Assembly (NCBI GenBank): GCA_964622645.1
Contig: CAZUSV010000001.1
Coordinates: 5,317 to 69,316 of the forward strand
Direction: 5' to 3'
DNA length: 64,000 nucleotides
From: an uncultured Anaerolineales bacterium
GTDB lineage: Bacteria > Chloroflexota > Anaerolineae > Anaerolineales > UBA11858
This document shows, in pieces, positions 17,301 to 26,233 of this stretch. The notes beneath the pieces were generated by a model, which was not told where the DNA came from, did not search any database, and saw nothing but the letters and a program-made list of their open reading frames with translations. The stretch's first letter is position 1, and every line of letters begins with the position of its first letter. The position numbers were made by a program, and so were the translations under genes.

Positions 17301-17815
17301 TCATCCAGAATGACAACCTCATTGCTCGGATCACGCCCGATGCTCTGGCTGCCCTCGTACAGCTCGAATGTTTGACCCTGATAAAGCCCTTCCAACACGG
17401 AAAGATGGAAGGCGGGTGGGGAAGCTGCCGGAGGATGAATCGCCGCGGTCGGCTGAGGAAGCGGTGTGGCCAATGGCTGATTGACCTGCACTTGCACAGA
17501 GGGTCCAATTTGCAGATTATCGCCCGGATTAAGCCAGGTCGCCTGTGTGATGCACTGGCCGTTGACAAAAGTGCCGTTCGACGAACCCAAATCCTGGATC
17601 CAGACTCCCTCTGGCTGAACCTGGAGCAAAGCATGTCGGCTGGAAATCGTGGGATCATTGAGTTGAATCTGGTTATCCTTATCACGCCCAATGAAATGCT
17701 GACCAGGCTCTAAAGTGAATGTCTGATTGGTCTGTGAACCGCTCTGAACGGTCAGGGTATAGAATCCCTGGTTGATATTCGAAGCTACCATTGTATCTGG
17801 CATGATTTCCTCCAA
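14399..17815 (-). CDS. tandem-FHA, single-pass membrane protein with large extracytoplasmic region (LysM, Ig/FN3-like modules)
   Basis: Two FHA cores (IGRDKDNQIQLNDPTISSRHALL...SSNGTFVNG and IGRDPSNEVVILDESLSRNHARI...STNGTFVNG). Basic stretch then TM IGITAGLLAFAALFAGAYFAY. LysM-like GETIQTIANEVGVDVQDVVDANP. Confidence 0.75.
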   Translation of the reverse strand: MEEIMPDTMVASNINQGFYTLTVQSGSQTNQTFTLEPGQHFIGRDKDNQIQLNDPTISSRHALLQVQPEGVWIQDLGSSNGTFVNGQCITQATWLNPGDNLQIGPSVQVQVNQPLATPLPQPTAAIHPPAASPPAFHLSVLEGLYQGQTFELYEGSQSIGRDPSNEVVILDESLSRNHARITVQAGQVWIEDLRSTNGTFVNGQRITQPTRLGPKSVVQLGLSLGMKVQAGAPAVGRSSSKVPAQPAVFPRRSTRKARKQARRRLRKGRLAIGITAGLLAFAALFAGAYFAYQLLLKPESQAVTYYRAPGPIVELNTSQNTGDEVLREWQMTLIATARDADGVTRGELVVDGEILVQYENSASGYSDTFSFTPSLVPHELGWHTLVARAYNTQGEMGQSSVLRFMVVDPEPGQVLAATIELAEEGETIQTIANEVGVDVQDVVDANPGFQADQALSEGETIVVPELVFEPEVISLPDPTEGFTVIADENTQIGSDVDTPPTPEGLVIAGGGCDPVKLTWNTLGDDFRRYIISYIPPLGAFTEVGLMEVGETAPDQTEFELPPETFIEGEKYTLVVEAESPLGFRSNHLSQEYATPFCKTGPAQKASESKNTIVSNFGDLMLSEDSMGVSDIYCYQKIGHHGLYNRVPTQVGRFLRHLPGRENVFPLSMFSSPLSINAPDNEDVPVEMDCYGWLANKLIPVGRFQDFLNRANPDGDLHSYTSENGAVLEAGLSEPKQFCTPLIVDKPISPDVELPDVLNLYRVGGLFKLDFSTVANQVVYSVCDPETNTWLQDVFTPSQTSPITVDIGPVGCAPKEERGRIQVCYRPGNRFQEVQEDTCSNALCYPEYKSPASIAENQDLHAPYGLSLTPMGTDLFLSWDWLWTNDPQGYVYTEEYLEGRVFQGFRIYRQINPSAEYSATEDGLSVIKHAQYGGPSLFAELLTPIIPEDTQHLVIEDVNKAPCGTTMTFWVEAIVDNQISPKSAPFTSTPEKCELAIEINLHTITFPDWEDDISKMFINLNEERYQLLEGVDLSIKSHHNREFTYSELVKFGLIKKPLLIVNLHKEKPNLKIELHIFRRGGGKITVPFPVFYFDAGSSCISEYFIQAGSLEYWRENPHGTYQMDKEDCTFSFEYQLVGP

Positions 17816-18223
17816 ATTCTCTCCGCCTGTGGCTAATGCGTGTATAGTTCAAATAGTTCCTTAATCTCGGTGATAGACAACACCCGGTTGTAGAGAAGTC
17901 GATTTCATCAGAATAGTATCCTGGTAAATTTTCAAAGAGTTTGCTTTCTTGAGCGGTTGGCGGGACGGCTTTCGTCGGTTGTGGTGGCGGGAGCGTTGAG
18001 GGATCACTCAGTAAAATCTAACTCCCAGGATCGCGACCGAGAATATTCCGACCCGGAATTAAAGAAATTATCATGCCGGTTTGAGGACGGCCCTGAGTAA
18101 TTAGGTTTATTGATTTTTGTTGACCCATTTGTTCAAAAATCCTACATCCTTAGCAGATTTCTTATTTGCAAACCAGGGTGTACTCAAGTGGGTCGCTCCG
18201 GTTACCTGCTTCATCCAAGATAC

Positions 18224-20132
18224 TTACTTGAAGGACAACCGTATAAGCATTATCGCCGCACTTCCATGTTCCAGTAACAACTGCGCCATTTTTTGTTCGT
18301 TTTCAGGAATATAAATATCTCCATTATTGATATAGATATCATCATTTGTCGTGGATATAAGCTCATATTCGATGCGATTTGCATCTCCATCTGGATCGAA
18401 AAACTCAAAATCTTTATAAATGATTAATGAACCCGAATCAGTATCTTCCCTGAGATTTACATTTGTGATAACCGGTCTGGATTGTTCTGATTGGTCGATC
18501 CCGTGTCGGGTGTTGAAAATGTAACCGTAGGTTGCCAGGAAAGCCCCCAGACATTTTCTATCGAAATAACCTGTTTCAAGTTTTCTCCATTCACATCGAT
18601 TATCCATATTCCCCCCCCTATCAGAATCATAAAAAGCGATCCACTTGCTGTCTGGCGACCATTGAGGGCAACCCCCAGAAATGAGTTTCTTTTCCTCATG
18701 TGGATTTGATGGGTTCAATAGAGTGATCTCTCCAGTTGTTAAGTAAGCAACCCAACGGCCGTCTGGTGACCACTCCGGGCAAATGGCTCCTCGATCGGTG
18801 AGGCTTACTCTGTTTGAACCATCAGCATTCATCATTTCGATAACACCCCCGTTTTTCAAAAATATGATTTTTTCCCCATCAGGAGACCATGAAGGAAATG
18901 ATCCCGAAATGTCATCTTCTGTTAGTTTTACAGGACCAGACCCGTCAATATTAGCTTTCCAGATACTATCTGGATACGTAGCAGATGATGCAAAGGTGAT
19001 TTCTTGGCCATTTTTCGATACATCCACGTGATAGATTAGCCCGTTGAATATTTTCCTACGGAACATACTTAGGTTTTCTAATTTCAGGGTCTTTATTCCC
19101 CCCCCATTCACCAAATACAATTTCACCTGTTGGCAACCAAGCATTGGTTTTAATATCACTACTTGTCTGAAGTTCAGATTTAATCAACTGTTTCCCACTT
19201 CCGTCAATATTTACAGAATTTAGATTTTGTTTGTCGTTAACTTCCTCCCAGAAATATATTTTTCCGGTTCCCCCACCGATGATTACTACGGGCGTTTGAG
19301 TTAGTGTGATCTTTGGTGTGTTTGTTAGTTCCATTGTAGATGTAGGATTGGGGGTGAAGGTTGTTGTCACCTCCTCTTGTAAATTTTCATCCAATATTGC
19401 CACTGCTTGTGTCGCCTGCGAAATCTGTGGTTCCGGTTTTTTGGGGGTTGGAAATACAAGTTCTTGAGTAGGAATAGTTTTCGGAGTCAATATAGATGGT
19501 AGATACAAAATTCCCACAACGATAATGGCCATCAAACCTAATACGCCTGCAGATATTCCTAGCCAGAGGATGATATTCTTTTCCTGGGGTTCTGCAGGTT
19601 GCCATAGCGATTGACTATCCTGGGGAGGCATCATTGGCGGCGCGCTTGCAAATCCGGGAGCGGGACCCGGGGTTGGTTCGATCGTAGGGGGTGGGGATTG
19701 GGTTGGAGGTGGTCCTGTAGGAGGCCGGATGGTCGGATGAGGACCAGATGGTGGACTTTCTGTTGGTATCACAGTCTGAATAGACTCTCTGGCCTTCGGG
19801 GTGATTGCTTTGGTAGAAGGATCGCGTGCCTGAATTATTACCAAGATGGAACCGCCAATTTGGAGAGTATCACCAGGATAAAGCCGTACAGGCGTGGTGA
19901 TCTTTTGGGCATTTACATAGGTTCCATTTGTCGAATCTAGATCCTGTATCCACAACTCAGCAGATAGAGCATTGAGAAGAGCATGTTTGTCCGATACAGA
20001 TGGGTCATCGAATATGATTTGGTTATCAATATTCCTGCCGATGGAATGGGTTCCGATACTCAGTTCCAAGCTTTGGTCGCTTAGTGCCCCGCTCTGGATA
20101 GTGAATATCCATTGTGATAAAGGCTTATTCAT
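18224..20132 (-). pseudogene. FHA - Pro-rich linker - TM - TolB-like (PD40) beta-propeller protein, interrupted by a frameshift in a G8 (plus-strand C8, 19098-19105) homopolymer
   Basis: ORF 19056-20132 carries the FHA (IGRNIDNQIIFDDPSVSDKHALL...STNGTYVN), linker and TM. ORF 18224-19159 carries the PD40 repeats (SWSPDGEKIIF, EWSPDGRWVAY, QWSPDSKWIAF). Reading GGTGAATGGGGGGGGAAT with one G fewer joins ...GEWGG to IKTLKLENLSMFRRK in a single frame. Confidence 0.7.
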
Positions 20133-20145
20133 ATCAAATTCTTAC

Positions 20146-20361
20146 TCACTTGGGTTTGCTATCCTCCAGCATGGCTAATACTTTTTCTGGAAGTGATTGA
20201 ATCTCCTGAAAATATTGCTTTTCACGTGTCCGCACATGCTCGATCATGCCGCGCCATTCACCGCTGGTTTTGGCCTGGTTGGGCTCCCACCACATGCGCA
20301 CCACAAATACGTGCTGTTCTTGCTGGGCATAGGTTGATGATTTCAAGGTAGATTTATTCAT
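20146..20361 (-). CDS. small conserved-looking hypothetical protein (71 aa)
   Basis: HVFVVRMWWEPNQ...SGEWRGMIEHVRTREKQYFQEIQSLPE resembles small proteins of the type xFVVRxWxE...WRGxIEHVxSGExxYF that I recall from Actinobacteria, Chloroflexi and cyanobacteria. Its stop is 14 nt upstream of the FHA gene start. Confidence 0.5.
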   Translation of the reverse strand: MNKSTLKSSTYAQQEQHVFVVRMWWEPNQAKTSGEWRGMIEHVRTREKQYFQEIQSLPEKVLAMLEDSKPK

Positions 20362-20456
20362 ATGAAAAAGAAAAAGCAGTGAAGAGTATTATTCTTCACT
20401 GCTCGAATCTAGCAAAGCCGCGTCCTGGAAACGTCCGAGCTTTGTCCTGGAAACGA

Positions 20457-20711
20457 TTATTCGGATGCTGCTTGCGCGAGTCCCCGGATGATGCTTTGTT
20501 CTGCTATCAGGAAAGTAATCAAGAGAGGGATGAAAGTGAGTACAGCCCCTGCCATTGCCAGGCCAAAGTCTGTTGTGTCGGCCACCGATACCAGTCGCGC
20601 TACCCCCACAGGCAGAGTATAGTGGGCACGATCTGCGGCCACGATCGATTGCCAGATGTAATCACGCCAGCGAGCGTTGAATATGAGTATCCCGACAGCG
20701 ATGATGGCTGA
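20457..20711 (-). pseudogene. orphan C-terminal remnant of a MalG-type carbohydrate ABC permease
   Basis: Minus-strand translation SAIIAVGILIFNARWRDYIWQSIVAADRAHYTLPVGVARL...TDFGLAMAGAVLTFIPLLITFLIAEQSIIRGLAQAASE* is the typical last 85 or so residues of a CUT1 permease. The frame is closed by TAG immediately upstream. Confidence 0.7.
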
Positions 20712-20950
20712 CTAAGGTTGCGAGTGTTTTAATATAAGTATCTCTCAGGCGTAGTCATTCAATAGTGATCCAGGGATCATCAAATCCCACGAGTAGATCC
20801 CCCCTGATAGATCTTTAAGGCTTTATATAGTAAGACCGGATTTGATTGGGCAATACTGAAATGGAATTCTTCTATGTCGAGCCGATATAAGTAAGCTCAC
20901 CTCGATATTCCCAAACAAGAATATGTCAATCAAAATCCGCTGATTATCCA

Positions 20951-23900
20951 TCATTCCTCATGGATTTGGGTATCTTTCCATGCTGAATAAATCTTCGTAT
21001 GAAGTGGAAATTCATGGATTTCCTGGCGCAGTTCCGGGTTTTTGATAAGATCAACTCGATCTCGTAATGTTTGATATGCTTTTTGGGCAAATATTTGGGC
21101 TTCATCATAGTTCTTTTGAGCTGATAAGGCAAGATAGCGGGCGTGGTAAATATATGGTTCAGAATATCCAGAATTATTGCCAAGTAATTCGATGGCTTCA
21201 GAAGTTACGAGAAATGCCCTTTCTATTTGACCAAGCCCTATGTGGATAAATGCCAACACTGGAAGGGTTAGTAAATAACTTTGAATATCTCCCATTTCTT
21301 GGAAAATATTTATAGCTATCTGCATATCCGAAAATGCAAGTTCTGCGTGTCCAGCGTCAAACTCTTCCCAGGCCAAGAGCGCGTGCCGCTGACCTTTTAC
21401 ATTTGGTCGGCTTTGCCATTGTCCTACCTTTTCTAAATTGTGGGCCGTTTCCCTGGTAGTTGTTAAATGATGGGTATCGGTTCTCAGTTTGATGATCATC
21501 TCCAATAAGTGAGCTTCGACCATCAGTCCACTAAAATCGATCAGATGCAAAGTATCAAGAGCATCTTCCAAAATGTTAAGGCTAAATTGTGTTGCTCCCA
21601 TAGCACCCATGCAATAGCTAAACTCTAATTTAGTTAGGACCACTTCATCACTTCTTACGTTCTGATGACTTTGTAATATAGCTAGACTTCGATTGAAAGC
21701 ATCTATGGATTGCTGATATGAGCCGGTACGGACGTGTATAGTCCCCATTTCACGCCAGGCTGCCGCATGCTGAACCTGACCATCCTCTGTTTGAAAAAAA
21801 TTGCTGTTATCAAAGATTGCCAGGGCTTGCTGAAGATCAGAGAAGGATTTCTGGATCCGCAATCCTCCGAAATTTGTGCGGCCACGTTCTACCAGGGCAG
21901 GAGCAAGCATAGTTTGATCATTGAGGTGCTTAATCAATTCAATGCATTCCTCGAGCACAGGTAATGCCTGTCGATATTGGCCACATTTGCGCAAAAAACG
22001 TCCGCGATTGTATAAAGCGCCTGCCAGAATGGCAACATCATCCGTTGAGCGCGCGGTTTTCTCCATCTCTTCCAGACTGGAGAGCATTCGTTCATAATCT
22101 CCTTCTCGTTCTTCGGACCGTAAACGACAAGTAAGTAGATCAAATTGAAGTTTCGGGTCTTTTTGGGGAAGATTTCTGAGTGCATCCAAAGCCAAGTCGT
22201 AATAATAGATCGCTTCTCCGTCAGCAAAACGCTTCTCCGCTCGGTGGGCAGCCGCCTCAGCGTATTCTAGTGCCTTTTGCCATACTTGTCCTCGGAAGAA
22301 ATGATAGGCAAGATCACCAAGAATATCTTCGTTACCTGGGTGCAAATTTTCAATTGTAGTTCCAACTAATTTATGCAAGTGATTACGACGGGACGGAGAT
22401 AATCCAGAATAAATTGCTTCGCGAACGAGGTGGTGATTAAAGAGGTATTGACCCTCGACCTTATTAGGCAAGATGAATTCATACCTCAACAGATCATCAA
22501 GTGCTGCAAGTGATTCGTTTAGTTCCAATTCCCCAGCCTGCTTAACAACTTCAAAGTCAAAAACTCTTCCAGCAACAGCAGCTGACTGGATAAAGGATTT
22601 TGTTTGAAGAGATAATCTTGCCGCGCGGCCATTTATGGTTGCCAACAAGGATTTTGGTAATTGGATTTCGAGTTCAAGGGCATCTTTCAAAAAGGTACCT
22701 GACCAAATTCCATCATTAAGGATGATGTGCCCTGCGCTGATCAGCTCGCGGATCATTTCGTGCAAGTAAAAAGGGTTCCCTAAAGTTTCTTGATAAATGC
22801 GCTTAGCTGCATTAGTGACAACCACGCTTTCAAGACCTGACAACTTGGTAACCAGATCATGATTAGCTTCCTGGGATAATGGAGGCAGAATAAATGATGA
22901 TGCCAGTCCGGTTCGTACATAACGACGTTGCATCCGTGCAAGGGAATGTTGTGTTCCGATTTCCTCGCTCCGGTAGGTGATTGTTAGAAGAATATTGCTG
23001 TCAGCCAGGTGAGGAATGATGTATGTTAACCAATCTAATGTGGAATTAGAGGCCCAATGGGTATCTTCAAGCACGAACAAGGTGGGTTGGATCCGAGCTA
23101 AGCCTAGGCAGATTTGCAGTAAGGCTTCGAAGAGTTGTAAGCGAGACTCGCTTTCCGAGAGGATCTGGTCATCATTGATTGATCTCGTTGCACCAAGGAG
23201 GTCTGGGGCTACTTGAGAAATAATGGCGCGATGTGCTGGCAGAATATTTATGTGTGGGAGGATATGTTTTGCTGAGCGAAGCAATTCGATGATAGCCTGA
23301 TAGGGTACAGCACGCTCAAATTCATAACAGTGACCTAGAAGAACATGCCCTCCCTGCTGTGTTGAAAAGTCTGCTAGATTTTGTGCTAAATAACTCTTCC
23401 CAATACCTGCTATTCCGCTGATCAGAACAGCTGTCCCTTGTCCTTGAGAAGCCTTGAGCCATAACTTTCCCAATTCAGCCATCTCGGTTTCCCGTCCAAT
23501 GGGTTGTGGTAAGGGAATTTTTTGGTCTGTTTTTTTGGGGGGTATTTTTTCGATTTGTGTTGGAAGGGGATTTTTGTTCTTGATGGCTTCATACACTGCC
23601 TGCGTTTCGGGCATCGGCTCGATGTCAAGTTCATTTTGAAGGATGGTACATAGCTGCTTGTAAGCCCCGGTGGCTGCCATGCGATCGCCGTTGAGATAGT
23701 GTAATGAAATCCATTGGCGATGCGCAACCTCCGATAAGGGATTAAGGTCCACCAGTTGCCCCGCGAAACGCAGCGCACAATCGTAATCGCCCAGGGCGCG
23801 GTAGTGAGTCGCCAACTGTTCCAGGATACTTCCTTGGGCCTGGCGCAGGCGTTCTCTCTCAATGACGACCCATTCTTCGTCAATGTCTGATAACAAATCG

Positions 23901-24325
23901 CCAGTATAGAGATCCGCAGCAGTGTGGAGCGCTTCTACACTTGCATTTTTCCTTGAAGCCTCATAATCTGAGATATCCAACCAATATTCGTTGTGTGAGT
24001 TCCATTGGATATCTCCATCGATAGTCAGGATCCATTCTCCTTGATCTAGCTCTGCCAGAGTTTTTCGGAGCTCACTCAAGGCGCGGCGCAACTGCCCTAG
24101 AGCATCTTTTTCTGGAATACCAGGCCACAGGGAAAATGCAATGCTTTCTCTGGGAGTGGGGGTATTGCGATGAAGTAGTAAGTAAGCCAGCAAGCGTTTA
24201 GCCCGCTTAGAGAAATGGCCAAGATTCGATGCCCCACCATCGGTCACTTGCAGATGACCGAAAGCTCTAATCCGAAGAGTCACCAATAACAACCCCTTTG
24301 CGCGATCCGGGATGATATTTTTCAA
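20951..24325 (-). CDS. SARP/AfsR-like regulator: winged-helix DNA-binding domain + BTAD + P-loop NTPase + TPR array
   Basis: N-terminal LRIRAFGHLQV...RAKRLLAYLLLH. BTAD region ALHTAADLYTGDLL...EWVVIERERLR...QWISLHYLNGDRMAATGAYKQL. Walker A ISGIAGIGKSYL. Long TPR-like C-terminus. Confidence 0.8.
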   Translation of the reverse strand: MKNIIPDRAKGLLLVTLRIRAFGHLQVTDGGASNLGHFSKRAKRLLAYLLLHRNTPTPRESIAFSLWPGIPEKDALGQLRRALSELRKTLAELDQGEWILTIDGDIQWNSHNEYWLDISDYEASRKNASVEALHTAADLYTGDLLSDIDEEWVVIERERLRQAQGSILEQLATHYRALGDYDCALRFAGQLVDLNPLSEVAHRQWISLHYLNGDRMAATGAYKQLCTILQNELDIEPMPETQAVYEAIKNKNPLPTQIEKIPPKKTDQKIPLPQPIGRETEMAELGKLWLKASQGQGTAVLISGIAGIGKSYLAQNLADFSTQQGGHVLLGHCYEFERAVPYQAIIELLRSAKHILPHINILPAHRAIISQVAPDLLGATRSINDDQILSESESRLQLFEALLQICLGLARIQPTLFVLEDTHWASNSTLDWLTYIIPHLADSNILLTITYRSEEIGTQHSLARMQRRYVRTGLASSFILPPLSQEANHDLVTKLSGLESVVVTNAAKRIYQETLGNPFYLHEMIRELISAGHIILNDGIWSGTFLKDALELEIQLPKSLLATINGRAARLSLQTKSFIQSAAVAGRVFDFEVVKQAGELELNESLAALDDLLRYEFILPNKVEGQYLFNHHLVREAIYSGLSPSRRNHLHKLVGTTIENLHPGNEDILGDLAYHFFRGQVWQKALEYAEAAAHRAEKRFADGEAIYYYDLALDALRNLPQKDPKLQFDLLTCRLRSEEREGDYERMLSSLEEMEKTARSTDDVAILAGALYNRGRFLRKCGQYRQALPVLEECIELIKHLNDQTMLAPALVERGRTNFGGLRIQKSFSDLQQALAIFDNSNFFQTEDGQVQHAAAWREMGTIHVRTGSYQQSIDAFNRSLAILQSHQNVRSDEVVLTKLEFSYCMGAMGATQFSLNILEDALDTLHLIDFSGLMVEAHLLEMIIKLRTDTHHLTTTRETAHNLEKVGQWQSRPNVKGQRHALLAWEEFDAGHAELAFSDMQIAINIFQEMGDIQSYLLTLPVLAFIHIGLGQIERAFLVTSEAIELLGNNSGYSEPYIYHARYLALSAQKNYDEAQIFAQKAYQTLRDRVDLIKNPELRQEIHEFPLHTKIYSAWKDTQIHEE

Positions 24326-24548
24326 TATAAGTATACATTAATTCTTGTGCAAAATATTGCTATCCTGATTGGGTTTAAAAATAAATTTGGCATTTATCCA
24401 CATACACCAATTCGAACTGTAGCCCGTCGGGTTAGCTCACGGCATAAGTATTTCCGTCTAAGGTGCCTTCTACCGGACTGATGCTCATAATCCGAAGATC
24501 CCAGATTCGAGTTGAATAAATAGAATGCGCCTTATTCTGGTTTTTTTC

Positions 24549-25821
24549 TATCAATTGCTGACCTTCAGACAAAAGATCGGACAACTATACAAGAAAGATG
24601 GGAACCTCTAATCTCCGGGTAGCAGACCCGAAAGGAGTGAAAAGGTTCCCATGGATAAGTTTACCCGCATTTCAGAATTTACAGACCAACTCTTTGATGA
24701 TCAAAAGACATCGCAACAAGCCAGTGAAATCATTGAAGGCATATTGGAGACACGCTCACCACGGATCAGCGATATCGCATCCAGGATGAAGGGTAGTGAA
24801 GCAGGTTGCTACAAAAGGGTGCAGCGATTTCTGCATCAGAATGATCCTTGCCAAGAACTGAAGCTGTTATTCAACGAAGGAGTGAGTTTGTGATTGGAGA
24901 TCCCACGGAAATTGAGCGTCCAAATGCCAATAAGACCAAGTATGTTGGCACGCTGAAGGATGGGCAGACCAAAGGCTTTTGCGTGTTGACCTTGGCAACA
25001 CCAGTGCGAGGCAGAGCGATCCCATTTCATTTTCTAACCTATTCGTCTCGAACGTTTGAAGACCAGATAAGTTCAAGGAACCTGGAGCATTTCAAAGCCA
25101 TTCAAGAAATCAAGACTTTGATTGGACGGAGACCGATCGTTTTTGACAGGGAGTTTTCCTACTTGATGTTATTGAAGAGCTTGGTCGCCAGTGACGTTCA
25201 GTTCGTGATCCGCTTGAACACGGGCAGTAACCCACCAAACTTCTACTACGATGCTGATCAAAAACAACAGCTACGTCTGGCCATCGCGCCACTCAACAAG
25301 CCCCAAATCTATCGCCAGGTGTACTACATGGGAGAAGTGCCTTTGAATGTGATTGGTATTTGGCAGTATGGTTTCAAATCGCCCATCTGGATTATGACCA
25401 ACCTGGAACCAGAAGATGCATTGAAGCTCTATTTCAAGCGTATGAAGATTGAAATTTGCTTCCGTGATCTCAAAAGCCTGCTCAAGATCAACAAGATCAT
25501 GAACAAATCACAAACCTTACTCAACAAAATGATCGCTATGGTGATGTTGGCCTATTCCATCAGCATCGTCATTGGCGAAGCAATCCGTGATGTGCAGTAT
25601 GCTGGCGTTTCCCCAAAAGACTTCAATTTATTGAACGTGCCAGATGTTGAGAAACGCTCGCGTTGGCATTTGTTTTCAGGCCCATTCCTGTTCATCAAAC
25701 AGCGTTACTCCTTGCCTGATACCGTCTTAGCTACTATTGTTGAGATTGCCTTGCTTGTCTTCACCAATTTGATCTTTGCTTTCAATGTCCGAACTCTTGT
25801 CCCAACATGAGTCAATTGATA
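24549..25821 (+). mobile_element. IS4-family-like insertion sequence (1273 bp) with imperfect terminal inverted repeats of about 36 nt
   Basis: IRL TATCAATTGCTGACCTTCAGACAAAAGATCGGACA (from 24549) against the reverse complement of the right end, TATCAATTGACTCATGTTGGGACAAGAGTTCGGACA (ending 25821). The first 9 nt are identical, then there is a 14/16 block. No obvious target-site duplication. Confidence 0.65.
24651..25810 (+). CDS. DDE transposase (IS4 family), split over two frames with a -1 shift needed near 24880-24890
   Basis: The N-terminal 80 aa (24651-24893) end ...LKLLFNEGVSL*. The rest (24848-25810) carries VIGDPTEIER (D), IVFDREFS (D) and YFKRMKIEICFRDLKS (E, Y-x2-R-x3-E-x6-K). No classical slippery heptamer is visible. 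Confidence 0.7.
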
Positions 25822-26134
25822 TTGACTCCTTACACGGGGAGAAGTACAATTGTTCTAGTTTCGACTTGAAAGAAAAGAAGTACTTTTAAATGAAGAACGC
25901 TGCACAAAAAGTGCAGCAGTCACTCTAGATGATCATATAAATGGTTTCGAAGGGTTCTGTCCCCCCATTTTTACTTCGGGTGCGCGCAGCGCCACCCCCG
26001 TCGGGACCGCCTGAAGTAAAAAACATATGACAGCCTGGTGTAACGTGCGTTGCTCCAGGCTTTTTTTGTTAAGAGACCGGGAGAATCTCGGTCTTTTTTG
26101 ATTCTCGGAAGTGAAACATGGAAAAATCGATATG
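25822..26134 (+). repeat. copy 2 of the roughly 320-bp structured repeat, abutting the IS right end
   Basis: Collinear with 10381-10708. The same basal stem and both terminator hairpins are present (GACCGGGAGAATCTCGGTC 26075-26093 plus T6). The apical segment between the stem arms is shorter and different. Confidence 0.8.
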
Positions 26135-26157
26135 TGTATGATCGATGAGTTATCCCG

Positions 26158-26185
26158 TTGAGAATCTCCAAATACATGCTATAAT
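26158..26185 (+). promoter_or_regulatory. candidate sigma-70-type promoter of the second TA pair
   Basis: TTGAGA (26158-26163), 16-nt spacer, TATAAT (26180-26185). RBS TAAGGAG before ATG 26234. Confidence 0.4.
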
Positions 26186-26233
26186 ATATATTGAAATATA
26201 TATTCACGAATAAATGCTGATAAGGAGTATGCC

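Noticed and set aside
17137-17713. 184-aa ORFs on both strands (17137-17691 minus, 17159-17713 plus) inside the tandem-FHA gene.
   Set aside because: They are alternative frames of the FHA-coding region. Only the 14399-17815 frame gives the two FHA signatures. The others are Arg/Ser/Pro-rich nonsense.
24400-24545. tRNA-like words (TTAGCTCACGG, CTCATAA, GATTCGAG) upstream of the IS.
   Set aside because: I could not fold an acceptor, anticodon or T arm with proper pairing on either strand. The similarity is probably chance. tRNAscan-SE would settle it.
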